Shown here: one piece after another, positions 24,535 through 38,319 of the stretch
Numbering within the stretch: position 1 is the first letter of the stretch
Layout: the number at the start of each line of letters is the position of its first letter
Origin: Octopus sinensis
Lineage: Eukaryota
Length of the DNA: 64,000 nt
Direction of reading: 5' to 3'
NCBI RefSeq assembly: GCF_006345805.1
Contig: NC_043015.1
Coordinates: 21,080,001 to 21,144,000 of the forward strand
The notes under the pieces: model-generated
Told to the model about the DNA's origin: nothing
Database searches by the model: none
Seen by the model: the letters and a program-made list of their open reading frames with translations, nothing else
Position numbers and translations under genes: made by a program

Positions 24535-24912
24535 AGCGTGGCCTTGTTTCCCAACCACATGATTTCGGGTTCAGTCCCACAGCATGGCACCTTGTGCAAG
24601 TGTCTTCTACTATAGCCTCGGGCCTACCAAAGCCTTGCCAGTGTATTTGGTAGGCGGAAACTAAAAGAAGCCTGTCGTGTGTGTATAGATATATATATCT
24701 ATATACACGTGCGTGTGTGTGAGTATAGTGTGTGTTTATCCACAATCTCCACTTGACAACCGGTGCTGGTGTGTTTACGTTCCCCTAATTTAGCGGTTTA
24801 GTAAAAGAGACTGATAGAAGTACGAGCTTTGTAAAATAGTGGGGACGATTAGTTCGACTTACATTCTTTCATCGCTACCTCAGCATGACCGCCGTCCAGT
24901 GACTAAAACTAT
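24535..24912 (+). mobile_element. SINE family A
   Basis: GGGTTCAGTCCC head, CACCTTGTGCAAGTGTCTTCTACTATAGCC body and 3' half. Confidence 0.85.
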
Positions 24913-25099
24913 ACACATACATACATACATATATCTACAAACACACACACACACATATGCAGTCGTACACACATACGCACGCACATACACACACTTCCTC
25001 CCTTGTTTACTTCAATAGGTCAAAGAGACTTCTCTCTCCACACACATATCTGTATATATTTTCCGTGTTTACATGAATGGATTAAAAAGGAAAATCTCT

Positions 25100-25483
25100 T
25101 CCCCGCCTCCTCTTAATTTCTAATTCACTCTTCCCACTCTCTTTATCTTTATCGCTCACATTCTCCTCCTCTTTGCACCTCCTTCTCTATTTGTTTTTTT
25201 CATTTAGTTTTCCATTTAACCTTCACTCTTTCTCCTCCAGTTCTCTTTTTCTCCGTCCTTCCGCTCTTTTCACATCTCCCAATCTTCTTTCCTTCCAATT
25301 CCTCCCTCCCTCTCTCTCTCTCTCTCTCTTCCTCCACACAAAACACATCGCTATCTATTTCTCTCCATAGTTTCTATATCTGTCTGTCTGTCTCTCTCTC
25401 CCTCACTCTACCTCTATCACTTTTACACTATTTCTCTCTCACAGTGTTCCCATCTCTTTGTCACTATTTCATTGTCTCCCTCA

Positions 25484-25530
<47 letters not shown>

Positions 25531-26010
25531 AGTCTCTTCTACACTATATCTCTATCACTTTCAGTCCATCCCACGCATTCCCTCTCTCTGTTTCATTCTC
25601 ACTATACCTGTAACTCTCATATTTTCAGTCTCTCCCACAGTTTTACTGTTTCAACGTCTCCCTTACTATACCTCCATCTCCCATATTCTCTCTCTCTCTA
25701 CCACACATTCTTCCTCTCTCTCTTCTACACATTCTTCCCCTCTCTTTCTTCCACTCACTTATACATGTATCTCGTTCACAGTACCTATCTTATTCTCAGT
25801 CTCTCCCACACATTCACCGTTTACAATCTCTCTCTTACTTTACCTGCATCTCTCATTTTTACAGCCTCCCTCCCACGGATTCTTCCCCCTCTCTCTTTCG
25901 TTCTCACCATATCTCCACATTTCCCACTTTCAGTCTGTTCTCCGCAATACTTTGTATCTCACATTATCAGTCTCTCTTACACATTCTCGCTCTATGCTGT
26001 ATCTCCGTCT
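25100..26010. repeat. ~0.9-kb degenerate polypyrimidine tract
   Basis: Direct: strongly C/T-biased + strand with (CT)n runs. The long ORFs here are low-complexity artefacts. Confidence 0.85.
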
Positions 26011-26659
26011 AAAATAAACTAACAACCGTTGTTAATTTTCTTAATTTACTGACAAGCCATTCAGAACACACACAAGACGCACTTGACTCATACCATTCCA
26101 TAGACATCCCCATTGGGAACGTATACAGCTTATACGATGATTATATAACAATTTTACAATGAGCCTTCATTTAACTTGTCACATATCTTTCTGACCATCC
26201 CCAATGATTAACTTTTTAATTAATTACAATACAGAATTGGTAAGCGAATTCTTCAATTGACGCACAATTGAGTTTTAATGAATTGAATATTCGCATACAC
26301 ACAAGTAAGTATATTAGTGCTAACACGATATCATAAATATAGCGTTTTAGTTATATATATACGTATGTGCGTGTGTGTGTGTATGTGTGTGTATGCGCGC
26401 GACCGAGCGCGTTGGGGATTTCACGGAAATTCTTCAACATTATGATATTCATTCACACACTTTATGTTCTGAATTGATATCCGATCGAAGTGAACTTTGG
26501 CTTGCATCCTTCTCGGATCGATAAAATATTATCAGATCAGAATGTGATTTGAAAGAATTCAGAGCGTTGATTGAATTGTACTGTTTGTGGTCCGTCTCTT
26601 TACTTTCCAGCTCCACCTTCTAAGTAATTGGTGCTAAACCAAATCGGCGTTTACCATCT

Positions 26660-26817
26660 CTCAGGGTGTGCTGAAAAAGTTACTAGCTTTAAGGACCTCA
26701 CAAAGCTTAGGAAAACTGAAAGACTTCTGCAATAAGTGTATGAATTTGAGAGGGGAATATGTTGAATAAAATCATAATTTTCTTTTACCTAAAGCCAGGA
26801 CTTTTCGGCAGTCCTTG
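26660..26817 (+). mobile_element. Miniature mariner derivative (both TIRs plus the last transposase codons)
   Basis: TIRs GGTGTGCTGAAAAAGTTACTAGCTTTAAGG / CCTAAAGCCAGGACTTTTCGGCAGTCC; 26731-26769 translates NKCMNLRGEYVE*; followed by TA. Confidence 0.75.
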
Positions 26818-27242
26818 TATTAAAAATTATTAAAATAAGAAGTCTGTGTGAATTGTGCTCGTATTTTTAATATATTATATCCCTTGCTGTTCAAACACTT
26901 TGCATATTGACAAAGAGAGATGATATGAAAAGATTAGTCTTCAACAATACTTGGCTGAAGGCTCTATATGAGCGCCTGAAGCTATTACAATTATAGCCAA
27001 AGTCCAAAAGTGTGTATATGGGTACACACACATACACACACTTTTAATAACTTCAGTCATTGGACTGCGGACATGATGGAATGTCACCTAGAAGGGTTTT
27101 ACTCGATCACAGATTCTAGTGTTTCCCAAAGTTTAATAATTATCGATTTTTGTTATCGAACAGCTATTTTGTGGACTCTAAACGCAGAGCAACTTCTTTG
27201 AAGTGATCTCAACTTCTTTGAGACCTGCACCTAACCACAAAT

Positions 27243-27294
<52 letters not shown>

Positions 27295-28091
27295 GGTGGG
27301 CTTTCGCAAATATTTCTACTCTCAAACTCACCCAGTCCCAAAGCTATAGTACAAAACACTAAGATATCGAGCAGTGGGACGAAATCGTAAGGCGCGTGGT
27401 TTCGAAGCTATTGTTCTTAACCACATATTCATAGTTTATATCTGTATGACAAGATATAGATTATGTGCACGCTTCGGGATATTTTCATCATTACTTGCTG
27501 ACATAAAAGGATCATTCTCGAGCTTTTCCTCAACAACACCTCTTTACGGCGTTTAATTATGCCATGAAGGTGTGAGAAAATGCATGTTTTCTAAGTCGAG
27601 GATATTATGAGGGGACTGTAAAGAAGAACATGAAAATATAAGAAAATTTAATAAATAACTGATCCATGCTCTGTGTCATTATGGCTGCCATGACGTCTTT
27701 GTTAAGTTTGCAATATTGTCACGTGGGAACATTTACGTGACAAGTTAACATGTGAGTCTCTGTTGCCGTCGATTTATTGTGTAGAATTAATAGCAAAATC
27801 TACCTTAAATCACAACATGCTGCCTTAAATATTTCGAACTGCAAACTAAATACAGCCCGAGATAAACTGTCTGATTAAAAGGACAGCTGGTGTGTATTTG
27901 AATGAATGTTATCACAAGCCTACCAGAACAGGAAAGATCATGTACCAAATTACAATACTATAGAAATAGGTGTATGTGTGTGTGTATCTGTGGGTGGGTG
28001 ATTACAACTCTAAACATAAGTAAACCAAGCAGATAAACGGATACGTAGGTAAAGCAATAGATGGGCATGTAGAGATGTAGAAGTGGTGTTA

Positions 28092-28131
<40 letters not shown>

Positions 28132-28479
28132 AGCGTGGATTCTAATGGTAAAGATGAAGAGCGTTGGAGGAGAAAGTGCGAAACTCTTGGAGATGTGTAT
28201 GCATGTGCAGGAGCTTATTGCAATCATGAAGCGTTAGTTTCGAATCTCCTGTATGCCACCTTGGCAAAAAAATAAAAACAAAAGCAAAAAACACTAACAT
28301 TGCTAAAAGTCGGCTTTTGCCTTCTGAGTGAAATAGTTGTGAGGGGAAACTGTGGAATCTCGTTAGTTGGATTCTACCTGCAATACACCCGTGTTGTCTT
28401 GTCATACACAGCAATATTGCTGATTGTGTCTGTCTGGAGTACTCAACCAGTTACACCCGGTATTTCTATTACAATAGGT

Positions 28480-28900
28480 ACTCCTGTTGATCAAATATCT
28501 AAATGTTCATCGTTGAAAGTAACGGAGACATAGTTAACTTATATATGTATATATCAGAAACAAATAAAGAGTAATGGACCCCAAAACATAGCTGTATTTG
28601 TTGTTGGTTACCCCTTCCGAAAGTCCTTTTCGCTTGAACATGCAATTATAATGAAAAGAATTCCTGCTGTCACCATTCCGTCTTTTGTTAGTGGCAGGGT
28701 GTGACTCAAATAACGTTATAAAATGTGTCGCTTAATTATTTTTTTAGAACAGTTCGATTCGCGCTGGAATTTTATTGCTATTTCAAATAATTCGAATAGA
28801 GTAGCATTTCTTCAGCTTTTGGAAACAAGTGTATCGCTAGAAATCAACGGTGGAAATATGGCCGTAAGAGGAACTGTTCAGTTTTGACTCCAGAGGCTCA
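28480..28900 (-). mobile_element. Possible very old CR1/L2/Jockey-type RT remnant
   Basis: Frameshifted VLGPLLF/FLIY resembling GSVLGPLLFLIY; other motifs are weak. Confidence 0.25.
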
Positions 28901-29229
28901 CTAAAATGCTCGTTTCTGTAGCATAGAATGCCGTTAACAAGCGCTGGAATGAAGATTAGCAAAATTCCCACAAGCTCTCTACAGAAGAATGGTTGAGATA
29001 ACATTCAATAACTTGTTCGTACATGTTGGACCAAAAATCATGTTCTGCATTCATTGTATATGAAATGAATGAACGAAGAACCTCCGAAAGTTTTGAACGT
29101 TTGGTTTACCACATCGGTCCTGGTTCTATTCTGCTGCAGGACACCTCAGAACAATGTTTTAGGTTGGCCCAGGCCTTAGGGTAAAATCGGGTTGGCAGAG
29201 ATTATTAGTAAGCCTGTCTTACGGATTGC

Positions 29230-29610
29230 ATTTGTTCATTCGTCAATTTATTCACTTTCACCGCTCACTATTCTTGGGAGGATTGTGGGGACTGAGTTTT
29301 CAGAAAACTCCCCCATTGGGCCCTATCACACTTACCAGCTGGATTCCGAAGAGTGACCAACTGAGATCAAGAATATCATGTAGTTATCTTGTTCCTGGTC
29401 TAACCTTTGAACTCTTGGTTGGCTCAGCGAGAAGAATCTGTCCTGCGATTCTCTCCTACGACATTCTAATAACGTCTGTGACCTCTCAATGCAGGGGAGT
29501 AGTAGCTCAACGCGGAGAAACTCCCTGATGTCCGAGTTGCGCTTTCTGTCGAGTGATGTTACTCTAGAAATCCTACGTAGGATCTCCATTTCGGTTTTTT
29601 GTTTTTGCAA
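29230..29610 (-). mobile_element. RTE-clade (Rex3/Expander-like) 3' end
   Basis: EMEILRRISRVTSLDRKRNSDIREFLRVELLLPCIERSQ matches the remembered EMxFLRRVAGxxLxDRVRSSxxRExLxVEPLLLxIERSQ motif. Confidence 0.75.
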
Positions 29611-30045
29611 TCATACACTTCCAGTCACTATCCGACATTCCTAACCATAGATGAGGATAGGTACGAGAACCGAATTTGAAATGACTAGTTTGTATTTGTA
29701 ATTCTAAAATATCAGTTTTTGAATCTCACTGATTTCATTAAAGATATATTATTAAGAGTTAGTCATTCCTTTGTACAATTCCTCAATAAAGAGGAGCTAG
29801 CTCAGTTAATTCCACAATGGATTACTCATTGTCATATCCGGCTGTAACAATTTAAGACGAACCAGTGAATACTATTTTCTGTGCCTCATCATCACAACAA
29901 TCTATGATGTCATTGTTAGCATCTTCATTGCTGTCATGAATTTTCGATTCTTTACCAGCGGTGCATCTTTGCTGATGAGCTGTCGATCGATACATCGTAC
30001 AAATAATTAGTGGAGATAATGTCCTAAAGCATTGTTTAGGTATCG

Positions 30046-30230
30046 AAGGCGGCGAGCCGACAGAATTGTTAGCACGCCGGGCAAAATGCTCTGCGGCATT
30101 TGAGTTCAAATTCCGCCGAAGTTGACTTTGCCTTTCATCCTTTCGTGATTGATAAATTAAGTACCAGATATAATCGACTTGCCCCTTCCCCAAATTTTCA
30201 AGCATTGTACCTGTAGTAGAAAGGATTATT
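30046..30230 (+). mobile_element. SINE family B, alternative tail (...GTAGAAAGGATTATT)
   Basis: Same head and Meta-like core as other B copies, with a different 3' tail. Confidence 0.85.
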
Positions 30231-30407
30231 TAGATATCGAAGAGAACATTCAGATCCAGGATTGTTAATAGTTATTGAAGCCTGTGTGGAGATAAGTTCA
30301 GGTCTTTGTTGTAAAGTCTTTCCACTTAGGCAATAAGCTATATAGGTCGGGTGATGCCGTAACACGGGTGGATCTGTTTAGTGCAGATATATGCAGACAT
30401 CTTTATA

Positions 30408-30790
30408 TATTTCTTTATTGCCAACAGGGGGCTAAACATAGAGAGGACAAACAAGGACAAAGGTATTAAGTCGATTGCATCGACCCCCCCAGTGCATAAC
30501 TGGTACTTATATAATCGACCCCGAAAGGGTGAAGGACAAAGTCGATCTCGGCGGAATTTGAACTCAAAACATAGCGGCAGACGCAATATCTATTTCTTTA
30601 CTACCTACAAGGAGCTAAATACAGAGAGGAAAAACAAGGACAGGCAAACGGATTAAGTCGATTACATCGACCCCAGTGCGCAACTGATACTTATTTAATC
30701 GACCCCGAAAGGATGAAAGGCAAAGTCGACCTCGGCGGAATTTGAACTCAGAACATTACCGCGTTAACGTTTCTGCCAGCTCGCCGCCCT
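30408..30790 (-). mobile_element. SINE family B head-to-tail dimer
   Basis: The junction at 30590/30591 lies at the same internal head position as the junctions at 4835 and 5018. Confidence 0.88.
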
Positions 30791-30913
30791 AAATATCTTT
30801 GTAGATAATTTCTGGAAATAAGGTAATTACAACAACGTGTTTTTCGTGTTCAATCTCACTGCACGGCACTTTTAGTAAGAGTTTTCTACTGTGGCCCCGG
30901 GCTGACCAATACC

Positions 30914-31187
30914 TTATTCTTTTATTTGTTTCAGTTATTTGAGTGCGGCTATGCTGGAGCACCACCTTTAGTCGAAAAAATCGACCACAGAACATATTCT
31001 TTGTAAGCCTAGTAATTACTCTATCGGTGTCTTTTGCTGAACCGCTACGTTACGGACACGTAAGTACACCAACATCGGTTGTCAAGCGATGGTGGTGGGG
31101 GACAAACACAGACACACAAATACATACATATTATATATATATATATTATATATATATATATATATTATATATAATATATATATATAT

Positions 31188-31221
<34 letters not shown>

Positions 31222-31386
31222 ATATCAACAGACTTCTTTCAGTTTCCATCTACCAAACCCACTCAAGGCTTTAGTCGGCCCGAGGCTATAGCAAAAGACG
31301 CTTGCCCAATGTGCCATGCAGTGGAACTGAAGCCGGAACTATGTGGTGGGGAAGCAAGATTTTTACCACACAGCCATTCCTGCGCC
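30914..31386 (-). mobile_element. SINE family A, full length
   Basis: Tail, internal (TA)n and head in reverse orientation. Confidence 0.9.
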
Positions 31387-31494
31387 CGAATAAATTTGTT
31401 TTATGAACACTGTATGAAACATTATGTTATCTATCTACGGTTTAACATTGTACAAAAAATAAAAAATAAAATATATAAATAAATAAATAAAAAC

Positions 31495-31620
31495 TCAAAG
31501 CAGGCGAGGGAACACCAAACAAGTTGTATTGTTTGACGCTATTCACGAAAAAGTGGAAGAAATCTTTGATGTTTTGAGCCTAGACTCTTCTACAGAAAGG
31601 AATGAGGAGAGACACAGAGA
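31495..31620 (-). mobile_element. Short element with a degenerate hammerhead-like motif (family of 61110-61270)
   Basis: Minus strand reads CTTT-CTGTAGA-A-GAGT-CTAG-GCTC-AAAAC. Confidence 0.5.
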
Positions 31621-32717
31621 GTGGGGAAATGTCTGGATTAACGGTTGCACATGTTCAATACGTGTGTGTGTGTATTTGTCACTACCACCCCTTGACAACT
31701 TGTGTTGGTTTGCTGACGCCCCTGTAATCGAGCGGTTCGGTGAAAGACAAGCGATAAAATAAGTACCAGACTTTACTAAGAAATAAACATATCGGGATGA
31801 GATTTTGTTCTACAAAACCCCTTCAAAACGCTTGGCCACAGACAAATGACTGAAATAAATAAAAGATAGAAGGATAAAACAGAATCAACATCCCCTCCTC
31901 TCCCCCCAGCCCAGTATCAAGTAATCACTGCTATGGAATCCCATAATCACTGATCTGCTTTTTGCAGTGCATCTCCCAATTCGCAGCCATTTTATAATTC
32001 TCCAACAAACTTGTCTCGGATTTAGCATTTCTAACTTGTCTATAGGTAGATGGAGCGAAAACTACGTGCAGTCTAGTAATTTGTTTAAAAGGTTTAGAGC
32101 TGTTAGCTAAATCTATAATAGTAACGACTATACTAGTAGTATTAGCGATACTGTTACCAAATTTACTAAGCTGTTACTAATAACTCCGTATCGAGATAGC
32201 AAAGTTTTTGGTAGTATTACAATTTATGTAGTTCACTGATACAGTTTAAATTAATTACCCAGCGTTAATTCTGTTGACCTTTAGGTCATGTGATCAGCTG
32301 AATTGTGACTTGCTGCTATTACCGTAATTCACTTTCACGGTGGGTGTGAGCATGCGCACATGTATGTGTGTGTGAGTCTGTGAGTGTGTGTGCTTCGGTC
32401 AAATGACGTGGATTGCGGCTAAGGTAAGGTGCCTTATTTTACTTGCTTCGCTCTCTAAAGGTGAAAAGCAGTAGCAGCAGCGGCAACTGGTGGTTGACCT
32501 TGTCAAAGATTGGCGTCTCATCCGGGTGGTTGGTTCTTGGGGTCTCAAACGATTTTCCACCAGAGAAACAGAGTTATAATTAGCCTTGTAACATTGAAAC
32601 TCACGCCACCTACTTACATACTAGCCCACCACTCTCTCTTTCTCTCACTCATATATGTGTGCGTATGTGTGTGTTCGTGCGTGTGCGTATGTGCGTGTGT
32701 GTGTGTTAGTGTGTGTA

Positions 32718-32896
32718 GGTGCAGGCGTGGCAAGAAATTTGTTTCCTAACCACATGGTTCCGGGTTCAGTCTCACTGCTCGGAGATTTGTACAAGTTCTT
32801 CACCTATAGCCTCAGTCTGACCAAAGCCTTGTGATTGGATCTGGCAGACGGAAACTGAAAGAAGCCTGTCCTATATATTATATACACATATATACG

Positions 32897-32937
<41 letters not shown>

Positions 32938-33263
32938 AGTGCGCGCGTGTGTGTACGTTTATGCGCGTTCGTGCATGTGTGTGTGCATGTATATGAGTGC
33001 GTGGGTGCATGTGCGTTCGTGCATGCGCGTGCGTGTGCATGCAAGCGTGTGTGTGCGTGTATGTATGTGCGCATGTATGTATCTGCTCTTTTCTCCACCG
33101 TTTTACAACCGCTGTTGGTGTGTTTACGTCCCAATACCAAGTGGTTTATCACAACCTATCAATAAGTTCAAGGCTTTAAAAAATATAAGTACCACTTTCG
33201 ATTCATTCGACTAAAAATTCTTCAAGGCGGTACCCCAGCATGGCTGCAATCTAATGACTGAAA

Positions 33264-33265
<2 letters not shown>
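32718..33265 (+). mobile_element. SINE family A with expanded (TA)/(GT)/(GC) interior
   Basis: Head and tail recognisable around an internal microsatellite of about 200 bp. Confidence 0.85.
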
Positions 33266-33312
<47 letters not shown>

Positions 33313-33320
33313 TATATCAC

Positions 33321-33477
33321 AAGAGTGGCTGTGTAGTTAGTCGCTTGCTAACCAACCACATGGTTCCAAGTTCAGTCCCACTGCGTGGGACCTTGAGCAA
33401 GTGTCTTCTACTATAGCCTCGGGCCAACCAAGGCCTTGTGAGTGGATTTGGTAGACGGAAACTGAAAGACGCCTGTC

Positions 33478-33553
<76 letters not shown>

Positions 33554-33788
33554 GTGTGTGTGTGTGCATGTGTTTGTGTGTGCATGTGTGTTTGCGTGAC
33601 TGTGTTTGTCCTCCAGCATCGCTTGACAATCGATGCTGGTGTGTTTACGTCCCCGTAACTTAGCAGATCGGCAAACGAGACCGATAGAATAAGTACTAGG
33701 TTTACAAAGAATAACTCCCGAGATCGAATTGCTCAACTAAAGGCGGTGCTCCAACGTGGCCGCAGTCAAATGACAGAAACAAAAGAAT
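33321..33788 (+). mobile_element. SINE family A, near consensus
   Basis: Complete head, body, (TA)n and tail. Confidence 0.93.
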
Positions 33789-35569
33789 ATATATATATAT
33801 TTTCACGTTTTATTTACATCTTATAATTATATAATATAATATAATGAAATGATAGAATATTGAATGTCCAATCTGATGGAACTAGTACTTTCATGCATTA
33901 AGCTATGCAATCTTAAGGTTCATGTAGTAGTGTTGACAGTTATGTTTTACAATTTACAACTATATTGAGATGATTAACCTGTGTGCCTTAAATACATTTG
34001 TATAGACTCCAGAATGCATACTGATTTTTGTCTCCAATATTTATATTCCCATTCTACAAGCTATAAAGTCCAAGTGAAATTGAGAGAAATATTAGAGAAA
34101 GGAACTTTATTAATATTAGAGAAAGGAACTTTATTAATTCCAAACCAAGCTAAATAAGCAATAATACTAATACTTAGAGGTACTATTTCTACTGCTACGA
34201 CTAATTACAACAATACTAAAAGTGCTCTTGATGATGACAGCAGGAAAATACTAGCTAAGTCAAGAGAAAAGTCAATAAAAATATTGTTAGGCTGGGGTTC
34301 TATTACTACAGCCATTCCTACCACAACCACCACCACCACCACCACAACAACAACAATCAAGGAGATGACAATGGTGATGATTAAACGTAAAAATCACTGG
34401 GAAATGTTTAGAACATTTCTAAAAATAGTCCAACAATCACTGATTTGTCCAGTGGCAAAATACAGGTCCCTTCACATGTTCAGCAAACCGTGACGCGTAA
34501 ACCAAACACCAATCAACTTAGGTAATTAGTAAAGCCACACACCAACTGGTCAGAATACAGTTTGCATGAAAGTACTAGTTCAATTAGAATGGACATTGAC
34601 GGAAAATGAGAGAAACCCGTCGTGCGTGTGTGTGTATGTAATATATATATATATATTTATGAGTTAAGGAATGGAGTAGATAAGATCCGGGCTACATAAG
34701 ATTCGAGCGGAACCTCGGAAGTTGTAAATATTCAAGCGGGGAGTATACCGCAGGCTACTCGTCAGGCCAAAGTATCTCGATTAAATGAACTTTATATTGT
34801 CGGAAAATTCAACGAGAATGTATAGAAAGCACATATTAGAGTGGAGAATGTAAATGTGAAGACAAATTAGGAATATAAAAAAATATAAGAAAAAATAGAA
34901 AAGAAATAAAAGGATAAAAACATTTGTAGATAAGTATTAGACTGATATTATAGGGCCCAATCCTCTCTTTTTACTGCTAAAAAAGAAACATCCAGTTTAA
35001 CAGCACCTTCCTTGGTGTCGGTTGCTTTTCATTTTGTGGACCTCGTTCAGAATAGATCACAAGATATCTCCTTCCTCTTCACTAAACGAGCACCTCAAAG
35101 ATGAAGGCAACTGCCAGTCTATCTTTGAATAAAGCATTACAATAAAAACGTAGTGTGCAAAAATGGTAGTCTATGGTTCTCAACTGGCAAATGGTCGTGG
35201 CCAGTTGGATATAAAAATTACGTGAGGTCAGGTTAACTGCAGTGAAGTCCTGCCAAAATGACATCTGTCAAATGTTAATAGTCTAGAGCAGAGAAAATGG
35301 GTTGGCGTTTGTGACTGTGTTAGAGCGCGATGCATTAGGCACAATTCGCTCACACACTGGATTTATGGGCCTACACATAATGTTCACATTGGTAGAAGTA
35401 TATGTAAGTGGATGTATATATACACACAAATGCATACACATGTGTATACGTTTGTATGTAAACGCAAGAAAAATTATAAAACCAGATAATAAAAGCAATA
35501 GTGCAGCCACCACCGAATAATAAAAATATATATAGACCCACACATTTATGTATGTAATGTGTATGTGTG

Positions 35570-35618
<49 letters not shown>

Positions 35619-35621
<3 letters not shown>

Positions 35622-35819
35622 ATATCTATTATATACATATATATATATCTATTACACATATCTATTATACACACACATATATATATATACACATATCTAT
35701 TATATACATATATATATATCTATTACACATATCTATTATATACATATATATATATCTATTACACATATCTATTATATACATATATATATATATATATATC
35801 TATTACACATATCTATTAT

Positions 35820-35860
<41 letters not shown>

Positions 35861-35968
35861 CTATTACACATATCTATTATATACATACATATATATATAT
35901 ATAGATATATATATATATCTATTACACATATCTATTATACACACACATATATATATATTACACATATC

Positions 35969-35985
<17 letters not shown>
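35619..35985. repeat. Minisatellite, core ACACATATCTATTATA with variable (AT)n spacers
   Basis: About 9 core copies, most preceded by ATCTATT. Confidence 0.9.
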
Positions 35986-36006
<21 letters not shown>

Positions 36007-36746
36007 ACACACAAATATACATACAAAAATCTGTACATGCTTACATACATATGTATATATATATACATACATGCATACATACATACATACATACATACAT
36101 ACATACATACATACTTATATACTTGCTTATATGCGCATACGTAAGCAGAACTATGTATATTCATTCGTATTTAGGTATACATGTCAAATATTCGCACATG
36201 CTCACATCCATTACACACAAGCATATATACATACACCCGCGCACATACACAACTACGTATTGAATACATTACAGAAAAGCATATAAAATCTATGTAGTTC
36301 CCAATCTCTGCAAAGCGATACGCGTGCTGTGCGCAGTCTTACATAGCTCTGTTATAATAATGCATATTAAGCGTCCATCTATGTCGATGTATGTTGTGCC
36401 TAAGTATAAAGAGAGTAGTCACCTGACAAACCTTGGACACCTCGGATCAACAAACTAACCACAATGACACTTTGTAGTGGATATTGATTTTCTATGAAAC
36501 ACAAATGATGGACAGTTAAACACAGTGTAACAACGTTCACATACATATAATGTATACACACACGCACATAATATACACATCTCTATAAATCAGTATACAT
36601 TTATGTACACGTATAGTAATTTGTGTAGATATACATACATATGAATATACTGACGTGTATGTATATTCTGTATATATGCACTTCCCTCCTTCTCTCATAT
36701 ATATGTATGTATATATATATATATTATATATATATATATATATATA

Positions 36747-36791
<45 letters not shown>

Positions 36792-37464
36792 CACGTATTC
36801 AGAAACACACGCATACATCTGTACGCATACATATACATGCATGAAAATTTGTATAGATATTCATACAGGTGTGTGTGTGTATGTATATACATATATATAC
36901 ACACATTTTCATGTAAATGTTAATGTACATATATATGTAAGTTTATCAACATGTGTATGTGCTTATTCATATGCATTTATTTATAAGTATGTATACGGAT
37001 ATAACGATGTGTGTGTGCATGTTTATCTATGTAGGCATGCAAAATGTAAATGTGTGCGTTTGTTTGTGAGAGAGTGAGTATAAACATGAATTTTTGTATT
37101 CATGTATGATTTGAAACTATATGTGCGTTCTCACAGACATGCATACAAAACAACATACAAAACTTAATATAGGAATGAATATTTATGATAGTTTGGCACG
37201 GTCCCGTACTTAACAGCTGCTCATTGGATGCCTTTGACAGAACCCATTGTGTTGCAAATATTAGTCCAATTTCTGTTTGAAGAAATCTTCAACTTTTCCT
37301 CTCACTAGCCTAGGAACCAATGTAAAAAAATATTGAGTCTTCCTTCGATTAAGAAGTTGGTGGTGGTAGTGGTGGGTCTAAGGTAGACACTGATAATATT
37401 CTAGACTCAGACTGAATCCAGAATTACGCTTTCAATTCAACTGAATCAACGACAGCATCTACAG

Positions 37465-37610
37465 CAGTGGGTTCTCAACCAGGTGTCATATAAGATTTGC
37501 GGGCCCATATAAGATTTTGCTGTTAAAGCTTATGTGCAATCAGTTGGTTTTACTTCTGTAATACACAATTTACTTTTGCAGTATTTGATACAATCCCCTG
37601 CGGTCCCAAG
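37465..37610 (+). mobile_element. hAT-like MITE left portion
   Basis: Begins CAGTGGGTTCTCAACCAGG, a hAT/Charlie-like terminus; right TIR not found. Confidence 0.4.
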
Positions 37611-37934
37611 AATATTTTGAAGGGCAGTGCCCCAGCATGGTCCCAACTTTTGGCTGAAACAACCAGTAAACGAGTAAATTCTTAATATTTAATTATACAT
37701 AGAGAGATAGATAAGAAAAATAAGAAAATAGAGATACATCAATTAACATGTATATTTATTAATTGCAAAAACAATCATGATCTCTAATAGCTGTTTCGAT
37801 TCATACTTTAAAGATTATAATTGTAATAATCAAATCATTTTATAAAGCAGAATCTCATCAGAGGCAGAAAAAAAGATATACCAGTAATTCGTTAGTTGCT
37901 ATGTATACGGAACATTACAGCAAACGGAGTATTG

Positions 37935-38261
37935 TTATTCTTTTATTCTATTATTTGTTACAGCCATTTGACTGCGGCCATGCTGGAGTACCGTCTTAAA
38001 TCGAGCATTCAAACCCCAGGACTAATTCCTTGTAAGCCTAGTACTTATTCTATCGGTCTCATTTGCCTAACAGCTAAGTGACGTAAATACATCAGCATCG
38101 ATTGTCAAGCAATGCTGGTGGGACAAACACAGACACATAAACATATACATACATGTATGTGTGTATATATATATAAATATATATATATATACGACGATCT
38201 TATATATATATATATTGGATATATGTTATCCCATGGAGGGTTGAATTTACAACCCCTATCT

Positions 38262-38319
<58 letters not shown>

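Noticed and set aside
27691-27750. Cluster of ACGT-core motifs with a 9-bp inverted repeat
   Set aside because: Short motifs at chance level, adjacent to decayed repeat sequence.
29852-30040. Acidic, protein-looking ORF end (KESKIHDSNEDANNDIIDCCDDEAQK)
   Set aside because: The ORF starts inside a SINE and the remainder is GAT/CAA-biased low complexity.
35619-35985. CRISPR-like repeat-spacer look
   Set aside because: Spacers are only (AT)n, there are no cas genes, and the context is eukaryotic; it is a minisatellite.
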